Of a stretch of 64,000 nucleotides of DNA, positions 49,668 through 62,346 are shown piece after piece. Made by a program: the position numbers and the translations under genes. Positions within the stretch are counted from its first letter, which is position 1. Every line of letters begins with the position of its first letter. The stretch covers positions 8,242,224 to 8,306,223 of the forward strand of contig NC_057719.1 of assembly GCF_004010195.1 (NCBI RefSeq). Direction: 5' to 3'. The stretch is from Chiloscyllium plagiosum. Its lineage: Eukaryota. The notes under the pieces were generated by a model that did not search any database, was not told the DNA's origin, and saw nothing but the letters and a program-made list of their open reading frames with translations.

Positions 49668-49875
49668 CACAAAGGAATCTCGATTATCCGGCATTCAATT
49701 ATCCCAATCTTGGATTATTCTGCAAGATCGCAAGGTCCCAATGCTTGGCTAAACGATATTATCCAGCATTCGATTATCCGGAATTCAATTAACCAAACGC
49801 AATTGTGCCCCCCCCCCCACACACACACACACACACACACACACAAGTCGATTGGATAACTGAGCTTCCTCTGTG
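49668..49875. mobile_element. Possible MITE (pogo/Tigger-like terminal inverted repeats)
   Basis: cacaaaggaatctcgattatcc versus reverse complement cacagaggaagctcagttatcc; internal cgattatcc subrepeats; no clean TA TSD. Confidence 0.45.
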
Positions 49876-50267
49876 CTTGGCAATGATCATGCTGGACTTC
49901 TTTTTGTAGTACACAGGGTAAGTCAGACTGAAGAAGGGTCACTGGACGTGAAATGTTAAGTCTATTTCTCTCTTCACAGTTTCTGCCAGACCTGCTGAAT
50001 TTCTCCAGCAATTTTGTTTGTTGGAGGTCGGATCAGTACGTGTCATTTGCCAGTTTTACTTATTTTCCTCCTGGGGTCTGGTTGGTGTCACATTGCTGTC
50101 TGTGGGTGCTTGCTGTGTACAAATTTGCTGCTTGTTTCCTACATCAGTGACTGTTTTCTGCAAATTCTCTGAGGCATTCTGAGGTTGTGAAAGTCACAAC
50201 AGGTTTCCCTTTACTCCATAAGGAGATAACAGGATTAAAACATAAAAAAATGCAGGGGAAGCCAAAG

Positions 50268-50497
50268 AGGGGAGTGATGGCTCAGTGGTTAGCACTGCTG
50301 CCTCACAGCACCAGGGTCCCAGGTTCGATTCCACCCTTGGGTGACTGTCTGTGTAGGTTTCCTTTGGGTGCTCTGGTTTCCTCCCACTGGTTAGGTGGGT
50401 TAGCCTTGGGAAATGCACGGTTACAGGGATCAGGTGGCTCTGGGTGGGATGCTCGTCGATGGGCCAAATGGCCTGCCTCCACATTGTACTGATGCTA
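50268..50497 (+). mobile_element. tRNA-derived SINE (internally deleted)
   Basis: A box tggctcagtgg, B box ggttcgattcc. Confidence 0.8.
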
Positions 50498-51102
50498 TGG
50501 AAGGCTGGATTTTACACATCTCCTCCCCCACCACACCTTGCCCTCAGCACATTTGAAATCAGGATTGGGGGGAAGGCAAGGGCTCATAAAATTCAGAGTG
50601 TGGAATTCTAGTGTGTCTTGACGATAGTGAGGACTGCAGATGCTGGAAAGCCAGTGTTGATAAAGTGTGGAGTTGGAAAAAGCACAGGTCAGGCAGTGCC
50701 AGAGGAGCAAAAGCAGGAGCGATTGACGTTCCAGGTCAGGACCTTTCATCAGGACTGGCCTACAGAACAATTCCTGATGAAAGGTTCCGAACTGAAACGT
50801 CGACTCTCATACTGCTTGATCTGCTGTGCTTTTTCCTTGTGTGTCACCCACTCCATTAATCCAGCGGTCAGTCAAGTGATGTCTGCTGACCAGGAGCACC
50901 CCAGAGAATGGTAATGTCCCAGAGAATGGCCTGAAACTTGAAAGAGAAGCCCCGACTTCTCAGACTCAGCTCCTCTTTTACCAGTGAGTAAAAACATTCC
51001 CACTGAGCCTGAAAATATCATGGTGATCTTCAAAGAGCCAAAAGTAGACTGAATAGTTTCTCTGCTAATCACGAGTATGCACTTTCAGCTAAAAGATACA
51101 AA

Positions 51103-54100
51103 CATAAGACCATAAGACATAGGAGTGGAAGTAAGGCCATTTGGCCCATCGAGTCCACTCTGTCATTTAATCATGGCTGATGAGCATTTCAACGCCACTT
51201 ACCCACACCCTCCCCATATCCCTTAATTCCTTGCGAGATTAAGAATTTATCAATCTCTGCCTTGAAGATATTTAATGTCCCGGCCTCCATTGCTCTCCGT
51301 AGCAATGAATTCCACAGGCCCCCACACTCTGGCTGAAGAAACATCTCCTTATTTCCGTTCTAAATTGACTCCCTCTAATTCTAAGGCTGTGCCTACAGCT
51401 CCTAGTCTCCCCGACTAACATAAACAAATTCCCAGTGTCCACTCTTTCTAAGCCACGCATTATCTTGTAAATTTCTATTAGATCGCCCCCCAACCTTCTA
51501 AACTCTAATGAATACGATCCCAGGATCCTCAGCCATTCATCATATGTTAGACCTACCGTGTGAATCTCCACTGGACACGCTCCAGTGCCAGTATGTCCTT
51601 CCTGAGGTGTAGGGCCCAAAATTCTAAATGGGGCCTAACTTGAGCTTTGTGTAGTCTCAGAAGCACATCGCTGCTTTTATATTCCAACCCTCTTGAGATA
51701 AATGACAACATTACATTTGGTGTTTTCACCACGGACTCAACCTGCAAATCAACCTTTAAAGAATCTTGGATTAGCACTCCCAGGTCCCTTTATGAACTTC
51801 AGCTTTATGAATTTTCCCACCGTTTTGAAAATAGTCCATGCCTGTATTCTTTTTTCCAAAGTACAAGACCTTGCATTTGCATACATTGAATTTCATCAGC
51901 CATTTTCTGGACCATTCTCCTAAACTGTCTAAATCTTTCTGCAGCCTCCCCACCTCCTCAGTACTTTCTGCCTGTCCACCTAACTTCATATCACTGGCAA
52001 ACTTTACCAGAATGCCATCAGTTCCTTCATCCAGATCATTAATATATAAAATGAACAGCTGCGGCCCCAACACTGAACCCTGCAGGACAACACTTGTCAC
52101 TGGCTGTCATTCCGAAAAAGAACCTTTTATCCCAACTCTTTGCCTCTGTCATACAGCCAATCCTCAGTCCATGCCAGTAGCTCATCTTGAGCACCATGGG
52201 CCCTCACCTTACTCAGCAGCCTCCCATGAGGCACCTTATCAAATGCCTTTTAGAAGTCTAGGTAGATAACATCCACCGGGTTTCCCTGGTCTGATCTACT
52301 TGTTACATCTTCAAAGAATTCTAACAGGTTTGTCAGGCATGACCTTCCCTTACTAAATCCATGCCGACTTGTTATAATCCAACCCTGCACTTCCAAGAAT
52401 TTAGAAAACTCATCCTTAACAATGGATTCTAGAATTTTACCAACAACCGAGATTAGGCTAATTGGCCTATAATTTTCCATCTTTTGTCTTGATCAATGGG
52501 GGTTACAACAGCGATCTTCCAATCATCTGGGATTTTCCCTGACTCCAGTGATTTTTGAAAGATCAGTCAGCGCCTCTGCTCTTTCCTCAGCCACCTCCCT
52601 CAGAACTCTAGGATGTGGCCCATCAGGGTCAGGAGATTTATCAGTTTTAGACCTTTTAGCTTTTCTAGCACTTCCTGTTTTGTAATGGCTACTATATTCA
52701 ACACTGCCCCCTGATTCTCCTTAATTGTTGGGATATTACTCATGTGAAGACTAACACAAAGTACTTATTAGCTTCTTCAGCTATATCCTTATCTCCCATC
52801 ACTAGCCTTCCAGCATCAATGTGGGGCAGCCCAATGTCTACTTTTGCCTCTTGTTTCTTTACTATTGTTTCTAATATTACTGGCTAGCTTAGCTTCATAT
52901 TTGATCCTCTCCTTCTTTATTTCTCTCTTTGTTATCCTGTTTGTTTTTGTAGTCTTCCTAATCTTCTGAGTTCCCAGTGCTCTTGGCCATTTTATAGGCT
53001 CTCTCTTTTTCTGTGATACATTTCCTGACTTCCTTTCTCAGCCACGGCTGTCTAACCACCTCCCCCCCCACCAACCCCCAAATACTCTTTGTTTTCTTTG
53101 GGATGAACCTCTGTACTGTGTCCTCAATTACATCCAGAAACTCCTGCCATTGTTGCTCTACTGTCTTCCCCACTAGGCTCTGTACATAACTCCCACTATG
53201 GTTTTTTTGCCTTTGTGGTTCCTCAACTCCACCCACACAGACTCCACATCATCTGACCCTGTGTCATTCACTGCCATAGATTTAATTTCATTCTTAACTA
53301 ACAAGGTAACCCTGCCCTCTCTGCCAACCACCCTGTCTTTTTGATAAGTTGTTAATCCTTGGATGTTTAACTGCCAGTCCTGACCCCCTGCAACCATGTC
53401 TCTGTGATGCCTACCACATCATAATCATTCATGATGACTTGTGGCATTAATTCATCCAACTTTGTTACGAATACTACAAGTATTCAGGTAAAGTGCCTTA
53501 ATGCTAACTTTCTTATCATTATTAGAGATATTGGAAATTATAGGATGTCCGAAGTTATCCTCCCTTTTTGCTGCCTTCCTAGTCTGCCTCGAGCTTAAAC
53601 CCACCTGCACACCTGCTGTCCTGCTGCTTATCTTTCCATGTAACTCCATACTCCCTGTCACTTTCGCTGTCCCTTCTCCCCGACTCAGAAGTTTAAAGTC
53701 CCAGTGACCACCCTATTTATCCTTTTCGCTAGAACCCTGGTTCCAGATCGGTTCAGGTGGAGACCGTCCCATCGGTACAGATCCCCCCATGAAATGGAAT
53801 CCCTCTTTCCCACACCAATGCCTGAGCTACGTGTTTACTTCCTTAACTTTCTTATCCCTATGCCAATTGGCGCATAGCTCAGGCAGTAATCCGGGGATTA
53901 TGACCCTTGAGGACCTGTTCTTCAATTTCCTTCCGAGTGTTTGATAATCCCTAAACAGGTCCTCTACACTAGCTTTGCCTATGTTGTTAGTCCCGAGGTG
54001 GACCACAACAACTGGATCCTCCCCTTCCTGCTCCAATATCATTTCAAGCCGGTCGGAGATGTCCTGCGCCCTGGCACTGGGCAGGCAACACAGGGACTCC

Positions 54101-54150
54101 TGATCCAACTTGCATAGGATACTATCTGTCCCCCTAATTATAGAATCCCC
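51103..54150 (-). mobile_element. Near-full-span, degenerate CR1 LINE (ORF1 esterase, ORF2 endonuclease and RT, tail)
   Basis: ORF1 PVVVVHLGTNNIGK; EN LYLNTCSIRNK and VWVELRN..GVMYR; RT NYRPISLISVVGKILE, QGSVLGPQLFILYINDL; tail repeat cataagac. Frameshifted and internally deleted. Confidence 0.9.
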
Positions 54151-54204
54151 GATAACAACAACAAATAGTACTGCAACAACGTGCAGTGATATGATTAGAT
54201 AATA

Positions 54205-54776
54205 TAGTCATAAGATGGAAACAGACCCTTTGGTCCAACCCGTCCAACCAGATATCACAACCTAATCTAGTCCCGCTTACCAGCATTTGGCCCATATCCC
54301 TCCAAACCCGTCCTATTCATATACCCATCCAGATGCCTTTTAAATGTTGTAATTGTACCAGCCTCCACCACTTCCTCTGGCAGCTCATTCCATACACGTA
54401 CCGCCCTCTAAGTGAAAAAAGTTCCCCTTAGGTTCCTTTTGAATCTTTCCCCTCTCACCCAAAACCTATGCTCTCTAGTTCTGGACTCACCCAACTCAGG
54501 GAAACAACTTTGTCTATTTACCCTATCCATGCCCCTCATGATTTTATAAACCTCTATAAGGTCACCCCTCAGCCTCCGATACTCCAGGGAGAACAGCCCC
54601 AGCCTATTCAGCCTCTCCCTGTAGCTCAGATCCTCCAACCCTGGCAACGTCCTTATCAATTTTTTCCGAACCATTTCAAGTTTCACAACATCCTTCCTAT
54701 AGGAGGGAGACCAGAATTGCACACAATATTCCAAAAGTGACCTAACCAAAGTCCAGTACAGCCACAACATGACCAC
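54205..54776 (-). mobile_element. CR1 LINE 3' fragment
   Basis: LEYCVQFWSPSYRKDV...LRGDLIEVYKIMRG. Confidence 0.85.
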
Positions 54777-55144
54777 CAGTCAGGTGTACTAATATGGAAT
54801 GTGCGCTGTTGAGTAGCAGTGGGATGAGTATGTGTGTAATCTTATGATTACGAGTTATTATTTGTAGAAACCAATCTTTAAAAGCTTGCTATCTGCACAA
54901 CTCGTATACAACTAGAATAATGGTTTGAGTTGTCGCCATTTTGGGATATGTACATCTCCCATGCATGCATGGATAAATGTTTAAACAAAGGAACCTGAGT
55001 CTCGTTTGGTCTAAGAGGAAATAACGTGTTCAAATCACTATTTCAATCTCAATCTTCAAAAAAGGAGGCAAATAGTAACTGGGAGGGCATGGCATTGCCC
55101 TGAACTATTGGCATAATTCCTAGCAAGGTTACTGCTTTATATCT

Positions 55145-56495
55145 CAGGCTGCATTTGCTCCCAGGAGGACCAGTTCCAATACCGTATAACCCAGATGGCC
55201 TCCTTCTTCAAAGACCGCAATTTCCCCCCAGACGTGATCGATGATGCTCTCCACCCCATCTCCTCCACTTCCCGCTCCTCCGACCTTGAGCCCCGCCCCT
55301 CTAATCGCCACCAGGACAAAACCCCACCGGTCTTCACCTACCACCCCACCAACCTCCATATATAGCGTATCATCCGTCGTCATTTCCGCCACCTCCAAAC
55401 GGACCCCACCACCAGGGATATATTTTCCCCCCCTCCCCTACCAGCACTCTGAAAAGACCACTCCCTCTGTGACTCCCTCGTTTGGTCCANNNNNNNNNNN
55501 NNNNNNNNNNNNNNNNNNNNNNNNNNNNNNNNNNNNNNNNNNNNNNNNNNNNNNNNNNNNNNNNNNNNNNNNNNNNNNNNNNNNNNNNNNNNNNNNNNNN
55601 NNNNNNNNNNNNNNNNNNNNNNNNNNNNNNNNNNNNNNNNNNNNNNNNNNNNNNNNNNNNNNNNNNNNNNNNNNNNNNNNNNNNNNNNNNNNNNNNNNNN
55701 NNNNNNNNNNNNNNNNNNNNNNNNNNNNNNNNNNNNNNNNNNNNNNNNNNNNNNNNNNNNNNNNNNNNNNNNNNNNNNNNNNNNNNNNNNNNNNNNNNNN
55801 NNNNNNNNNNNNNNNNNNNNNNNNNNNNNNNNNNNNNNNNNNNNNNNNNNNNNNNNNNNNNNNNNNNNNNNNNNNNNNNNNNNNNNNNNNNNNNNNNNNN
55901 NNNNNNNNNNNNNNNNNNNNNNNNNNNNNNNNNNNNNNNNNNNNNNNNNNNNNNNNNNNNNNNNNNNNNNNNNNNNNNNNNNNNNNNNNNNNNNNNNNNN
56001 NNNNNNNNNNNNNNNNNNNNNNNNNNNNNNNNNNNNNNNNNNNNNNNNNNNNNNNNNNNNNNNNNNNNNNNNNNNNNNNNNNNNNNNNNNNNNNNNNNNN
56101 NNNNNNNNNNNNNNNNNNNNNNNNNNNNNNNNNNNNNNNNNNNNNNNNNNNNNNNNNNNNNNNNNNNNNNNNNNNNNNNNNNNNNNNNNNNNNNNNNNNN
56201 NNNNNNNNNNNNNNNNNNNNNNNNNNNNNNNNNNNNNNNNNNNNNNNNNNNNNNNNNNNNNNNNNNNNNNNNNNNNNNNNNNNNCACTCCGGCCTATCAC
56301 CCTCACCTTGACCTCCTTCCACCTATCCCATTTCCAACGTCCCTCCCCCAAGTCCCCCCTCCCTACCTTTTATCTTAGCCTGCTGGATATACTTTCCTCA
56401 TTCCTGAAGAAGGGTGTATGCCTGAAACGTTGATTCTCCTGCTCCTTGGATGCTGCCTGACCTGCTGCGCTTTTCCAGCAACACATTTTCTGCAG
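55145..56495 (+). mobile_element. Penelope-like fragment spanning a gap
   Basis: Homologous to 24362-25272 and 19800-20760; terminal cctgaagaagggtgtatgcctgaaacgttgatt motif at ~56403-56435. Confidence 0.8.
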
Positions 56496-57769
56496 TGCTT
56501 CTGACATTAGAACAGTGAACACATATCAACAATTGATATGTTGATCGGCTGTCACACGTTTTGGGGTATCCTAGTGTTGAGCACCACTCTAGAAATACAA
56601 TTCCTTTGTTAAATACTATCAACTGAAGCTGGTGTAAAGGTTGCGATGGTGGGGTTTGTGCCAGTGGGGTGGAAGAAGGGTGAGGGAGGTGGGTATGTGC
56701 AAGGGGAAGAGTTTGGGAGTGATTGGAAACAGGAGGTCAGAGGAAGGGTTCAGGGGCTTTGGCAGTGAGGAAGAGGTTGGAGGGCACGGGGTGAGATAGC
56801 ATGGGCCAGCAACATTTATCATCTTCATGTGGAGGGAGTAGGAAGCGGGTTAAAAGTCCCTTTAAGAGCCGTTGCTTAGGCCACGAGTCAGCCCTTTGCA
56901 GCAGTCACAACTGGACTCTGTTCTTCCCTATGTAGATGCTCACTAGCCTGTTGATCCTTTACACTACAGCCTTGTCCATAAGGTCATTTACCCTCCATCC
57001 CTCACATTTGTGTTCAGCCCTGGGTCACGTTCTTCATTATTCAAGTCTGCCCAGACAGACAGGCAGGGGAGAGAGAGAGAGAGAGAGAGATAAAGTGTGG
57101 TCTGACCCTGAATCCTTCACTACATTACTGATGCCTTGTCCCATCTTGCCTTAGCTGTAAAACTGTTAACAGGCCCACACAGCAAGACTGATGAGGCTGC
57201 TAGTCAACAGAATGGTCAAAATCAAAGCTCTGGAATATGTTCTATGAAGTATGACAGATGATAGATTTCGATTCGGAGCCCAGGTCATGAAGGATTTAAA
57301 CTTTTCAGTTTTGCTTGAAAGATCAGCTCCAGTCTCCAATCGCCCACTTCATTCTCCTTGCAGTCTGAGCTCAGCAGCTTGAGAGAGACTGAGAGACGAG
57401 AGGTTCAGTGTTTTAAAGACACAGCTGCAGAGGCATCCAAGGTGTGACTGGATCTCATGCCCCCTGCCAGAGCCACTCAGAAAGCAGTCAGGGCACGTTG
57501 CGAAAATAAAAACTAGATCAAGCCTTTCCTGCCCCTGCCCCAGACGGCCCAGTTGGCTAGATATCTGGTTTGAGGTGCAGAGTGGTGCCAATAGCATGGG
57601 CCCAGTTACAGCACCAGCTGAGGTTACCATGAGGCACTCAGCTTCTCCCCTCACCTGAGACATCGTGTCTCTCAGGTTAAACCAACACCAGTCATCCCCC
57701 CTAATGAGAGAGCAGGTAAGGTGATGGCAACTTTGCACTTTCTGATCAAATTAACTTAAATTAGATGAT

Positions 57770-58043
57770 GAGATTCCCTACAGCATGGAAACAGGCCCTT
57801 CAGCCCAACCAGTCCATCACTGACCCTCCGAAGAGTAACCCACCCAGACCCAGTTCTCTCTGACTAATGCACACTAAGGGTAATTTAGTATGGCCAATCT
57901 TTGGCCTGTGGGAGGAAACCAGAGCAAACCCACGCAGACACGGGGAAAATGTGCAAACTCCACACAGTCACCCGAGGCTGGAATTGAACTTGGGACCCTG
58001 GTGCTGTGAAGCAGCAGTGCTAATCACTGAGTCACCGTGCCAC
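57770..58043 (-). mobile_element. tRNA-derived SINE
   Basis: Reverse match to the SINE family above. Confidence 0.8.
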
Positions 58044-58559
58044 TCAATGCCAATATGTGACATTTTCCAAATAACACATTAACCTTATCACTCGTGTTCT
58101 AGCTAGTCCTAAAGAAGGGTTAATACCGAAAACATTGACTTCTCCACCTCCTGATGCTGCCTGACTTGCTGTGTTCTTCCAGCCTCCTATTTGTCTACTT
58201 TGGATTCCAGTATCTACAGTGTTTTTGTCTCTAACCTTTATAAAGACTAGATTCTTGTTTCCCTGTGTGGCAACACTGACTGCACAGGAAGAGTAGGACT
58301 GTCTGTCCATTGAGCTTGTTTTACTGTTTAACTGGATCTTGGTTGATATGCGACATGTGTTTATGTTAATCCTCTTGGTATAAGAGACTAGCCATGAATA
58401 CCAAGGTATTGAAGGATTCAACAGACATTTATTACACCTGACTATTATATACAGTTGTCATATTCAGAGGCAGAAAAGTGTCTGGGCTCATGCTAATTTA
58501 TTCAGTTACAGCAGAAGAACGTGCTTCTAATTGCATCTCAAGCTTCATGTGATCCCACT

Positions 58560-59460
58560 TAAGAAGTTAGGAGGTATCATTAATAAATTTGTGGATGACA
58601 CCAAAATTGGTGTTATAGTGGACAGTGAAGAAGGTTACCTAAGATTGCAAAGGGATCTTGATAAATTGGGGCAATGGGCTGAGGAGTGTCAGCCAGAGTT
58701 GAATTTGGATTAAAACGAGGTATTGCACTTTTATTAAATTAACATGAACAAGACTTAAACAGTTAATGCTAGGGCCTTGCATAATGTTGTAGGTTAGACA
58801 GAACTAGGGGTTCAGGTGCATAATTCTTTGAAAGTTGCGTCACACCCAAACAGGGTGGTTAAGAAGGTGTTTAGCATGATTACCTTTATTGCTCAGACCA
58901 TTGAGTGTAGGAGTTGGGATGTCATGTTGAGGTTTGGAGTACTGTGTTGCCCTGCTATAGGAAACATATTATTAAATTGGAGAGAGGTCAGAAAATATTT
59001 ATTAGGATGTTGCCGGGTCTGGAGGGTTTGTGTTATAAAGAGAAACTGGATAGGCTGGGATTTTTCTTCACTGAAGCGTAGGATGCTGATGGGTGACCTC
59101 ATAGAGCTTTATACAATCATGAGAGGCATAGGTAAGGTGGATAGCAAATGTCTTTTCCCTGGGTTAGGGGAGTATAAAACTAGGAGGCATATTTTTAAGG
59201 TGAGAGGAGAAAGATTTAAAAGGGACCTGAGGGGCAACATTTTCACAGAGGGGGTGGTTCGTATGTGGAATGAACTGCTGGAGGAAATGGTAGATGCAGG
59301 TACAATTACAGCATTTAAAAGACACTTGGATAAGTACATGAGTAGGAAAGATTTTGAAGGATATGGGCCAAATGCAGGCAACTGGGATGAGTTTAGTTGG
59401 GAAACTTCATTCGCGTGGATTGGTTGGACCAAAGGGTCTGTTTCAGTGCTGTATGACTCA
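58560..59460 (+). mobile_element. CR1 LINE RT/3' fragment
   Basis: KFVDDTKIG...LQRDLD and the tail. Confidence 0.85.
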
Positions 59461-60234
59461 ATGCAGATACGATGAGCATGTCTCTTAAAGACATAGAGAT
59501 CATGTCTGGTCTGATTACCCGCAATTCCACTTTCCTGCCTTTTCCCTATAGCCCTTGGTTCCCTTACTGATTAAAAATCTATCTATCCCTGCCTTGAATA
59601 TATTTAACAGCTCAGCCTATACAGTCCTCTGAGGCAAAGAATTCCAAAATACACTGGCCTCTGAGAGAGGAAATTCCTCCTCATCTCTGTTGTAACTAGG
59701 CAACTCCTTACTCCGGTTCTAGACTCTCCCACAAGGGGAAACAATCTTTCCACATCTCCCTTGTCAAGTCTCTTACGAATCACATATGTAAGAACAACCT
59801 CCTCATAGTCTTCAAGAGAAAGATGATTCTCCTCAAGATACACGGTGGGGACTTCAGGAACAACACCAGTTCAGCACATGAAAGCTCAAAGTCACAGCCT
59901 CCAGTAAATGAACAACTTGGGTGGTGGGCACCTTTTCTGTACCAGTGTAGGGAAAGAGAAAATCAGGTCCAGGATGCCCTGGTAGTTGGCATGTCTTTCT
60001 TTGCAACATTTCTTCTAGTCCTTTGGAGCGAGATCAAGGGAGTGCTTTCTTTTCTGCAGTCCAAGGGCTGGAGTATTTTGTTATTGGGAATGATTCCCAG
60101 AACATTGAATTGTTTTCATTGCCTCTAAATATTAAAAGCTACATATTCATCCCTGCTTCCTAACGAAGCCCTAATGTTTCAGGATGACAAACAGGATTCT
60201 GTGCTCCATTGAGATCAATGTCATATTTCCTCTG

Positions 60235-61695
60235 AGTGTGGCATCAAGGAGTCCTAGTATTCACTGAGTCCATGGGTATCAGGGGGCGAACTCTCCATTG
60301 TGGGAGTCAGACCTGGCGCATAGAAAAATGGTTTTGGTTGTTGGAGGTCTGTCATCTCAGCTCCAGGACATCCCTGCAGGAGTTCCTCAGTGTTGTGTCC
60401 TAGGCCCAACCATCTTCAGCTGCTCCATCATAAGGTCCGAAGTGGGGATGTTCACCAATGATTGCACAATGCTCAGAGGCATCTATGACTCCTCAGGTAC
60501 CAAAGCAGTCCATGTTCAAATGCAACAAAATCTGGACAGTTTCCAAGCTTGGGTTAACAAGTGGCAAGTAGTATTTATTCCACACAACTGCCAAGCTATG
60601 ACCAACTCTGACAATCTAACCCTTTGGATTTGGTTTGTTCACTAAGCTGGAATGTTCCTTTCCAAACGTTTCATCACCCTACTAGGTAGCATCTTCACTG
60701 GGCCCCTGGGTGAAGTACTGTTGATAATTCCTGCTTTCTATTTGTATGTTTGGTTTTCTTTGGGTTCGTTATGTCATTTTCTGTGGTGACATCAACCCAA
60801 AGAAACCCAAACATACAAATAGAAAGCAGGAATTATCAAAAATGCTTCGTCCGGAGGCTCACTGAAGATGCAAGGGTGATGTAGGGTGATGTAACATCTG
60901 GAAATGAACCTCCCAGCTCAGCGAGCAAACCTATATCCAGAACCTCATCCTGAGGTTCAAATCTTCTCAAAGCTCGCTAAAATCTAACTCTTGCTCTTGA
61001 CATTCAATGGTTTTACCATCACTGATTCCCCTACTGTAAACATCCTGTGGATTATCATTGCCCAGAAATTGAACTGGACTTGCTACATAAATATAATGGT
61101 TCCAATTGCAGGTAAGAGTCTGGGAATCCTACTGAGTAACTCACTTCCTGACTCTCCAAATCCTGCTTATGATCAATAGGATACAAGTCCGAAGTGTGAT
61201 GGAATACTCCCCACTTGCCTGGATGGGTGCAGCTCCAGCAACACTCAAGAAGCTTGACATCCAGGACAAAGCAGCCCATTTGGTTGGCACTACATCCACA
61301 AACATCCACTCTCTCCACCATCAATGGTCAGTAGCAGCAGAGTGTGCTATTTACAAGATGCACTGCAGAAATTCACAGAGGCTCCTTCAACAGCCTCTTC
61401 CAAACCCTCGACCACTTCCATCTTGAAGGACAAGGGCAGCAAATACATGGAACAACACCACCACTTTCAAGATCACCTCCAAACCACTCACCATCTTGTT
61501 TTGGAAATAAATCCATTCTTTCACTGTCGCTGGGTCAAAACCCTGGAATTCCCTCCATAAAGGCATTGTGGGCTTACCTACAGAATGTGGACTGCAGTTG
61601 TTCAAGAATGTAGCTCACCTGAATTACATCTTTCAATTACATCTAGGGCAATAAATGCCTGCCTAACTAGTGAAACCCACACCCCATGAATGAAT
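60235..61695 (+). mobile_element. Older CR1/L2-group LINE 3' portion, with a nested palindromic Penelope repeat (~60621-60980)
   Basis: AGVPQ..VLGPTIF, MEYSPLAW...IQDKAA motifs; short duplication aatctaac at 60613-60620 and 60981-60988. Other copies at ~21915-22390 (-), ~25475-26900 and ~63750-63940. Confidence 0.75.
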
Positions 61696-61696
61696 T

Positions 61697-62346
61697 AAGA
61701 CCATAAGACAAAGAAGCAGAAGTTAGGCCATTCAGCCCATCGAGTCTGCTGTACCATTCAATCATAGTTGATAAATTTCTCAACCCCATCCTACCACCTT
61801 CCCTCTTTAACCCTTGACCCATTGATACTCAAAAACCTATCTATCTCAGTCTTAAATATACTCAATGACCTGGCCTCCTCAGCCTTCTGTGGCAGTGAAT
61901 TCCATAGATTCACTACTCTCTGGCTGAAGATGTTTCTCCTTATCTCTGTTCTAAAAGGTCTTCCCTTCAGTTTAAGGCTGTACCCTTGGGTCCTAGTCTC
62001 TCTTACTAATGGAAGTATCTTCCTAACATGTACTCTATCCAGGCCATTCAGTATTCTGTATGTTTGAGTTAGATACCCCCTCATCCTTCTAAACTCCATC
62101 GAGTATAAATCCAGAGTCCTCGAACGTTCCACATACATTAAGCTTTTCATTCCTGGGACCATTCTTGTGAACCTCCTCTGAACTCACTCCACGGCCAGTA
62201 CATCCTTCCTGAGATATGGGGCCCAAAACTGCACACAATATTCCAAATGTGGTCTGACCAGAGCCTTATAGAGCTTCAGAAGTACATCCCTGCTTTTATA
62301 TTCAAATCCTGTCAAAATAAATGCCATCACTGCATTTGCCTTCCTA
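61697..62346 (-). mobile_element. CR1 LINE 3' fragment
   Basis: LYKALVRPHLEYCVQFWAPYLRKDV...FSQRVVNLWNSLP. Confidence 0.85.
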
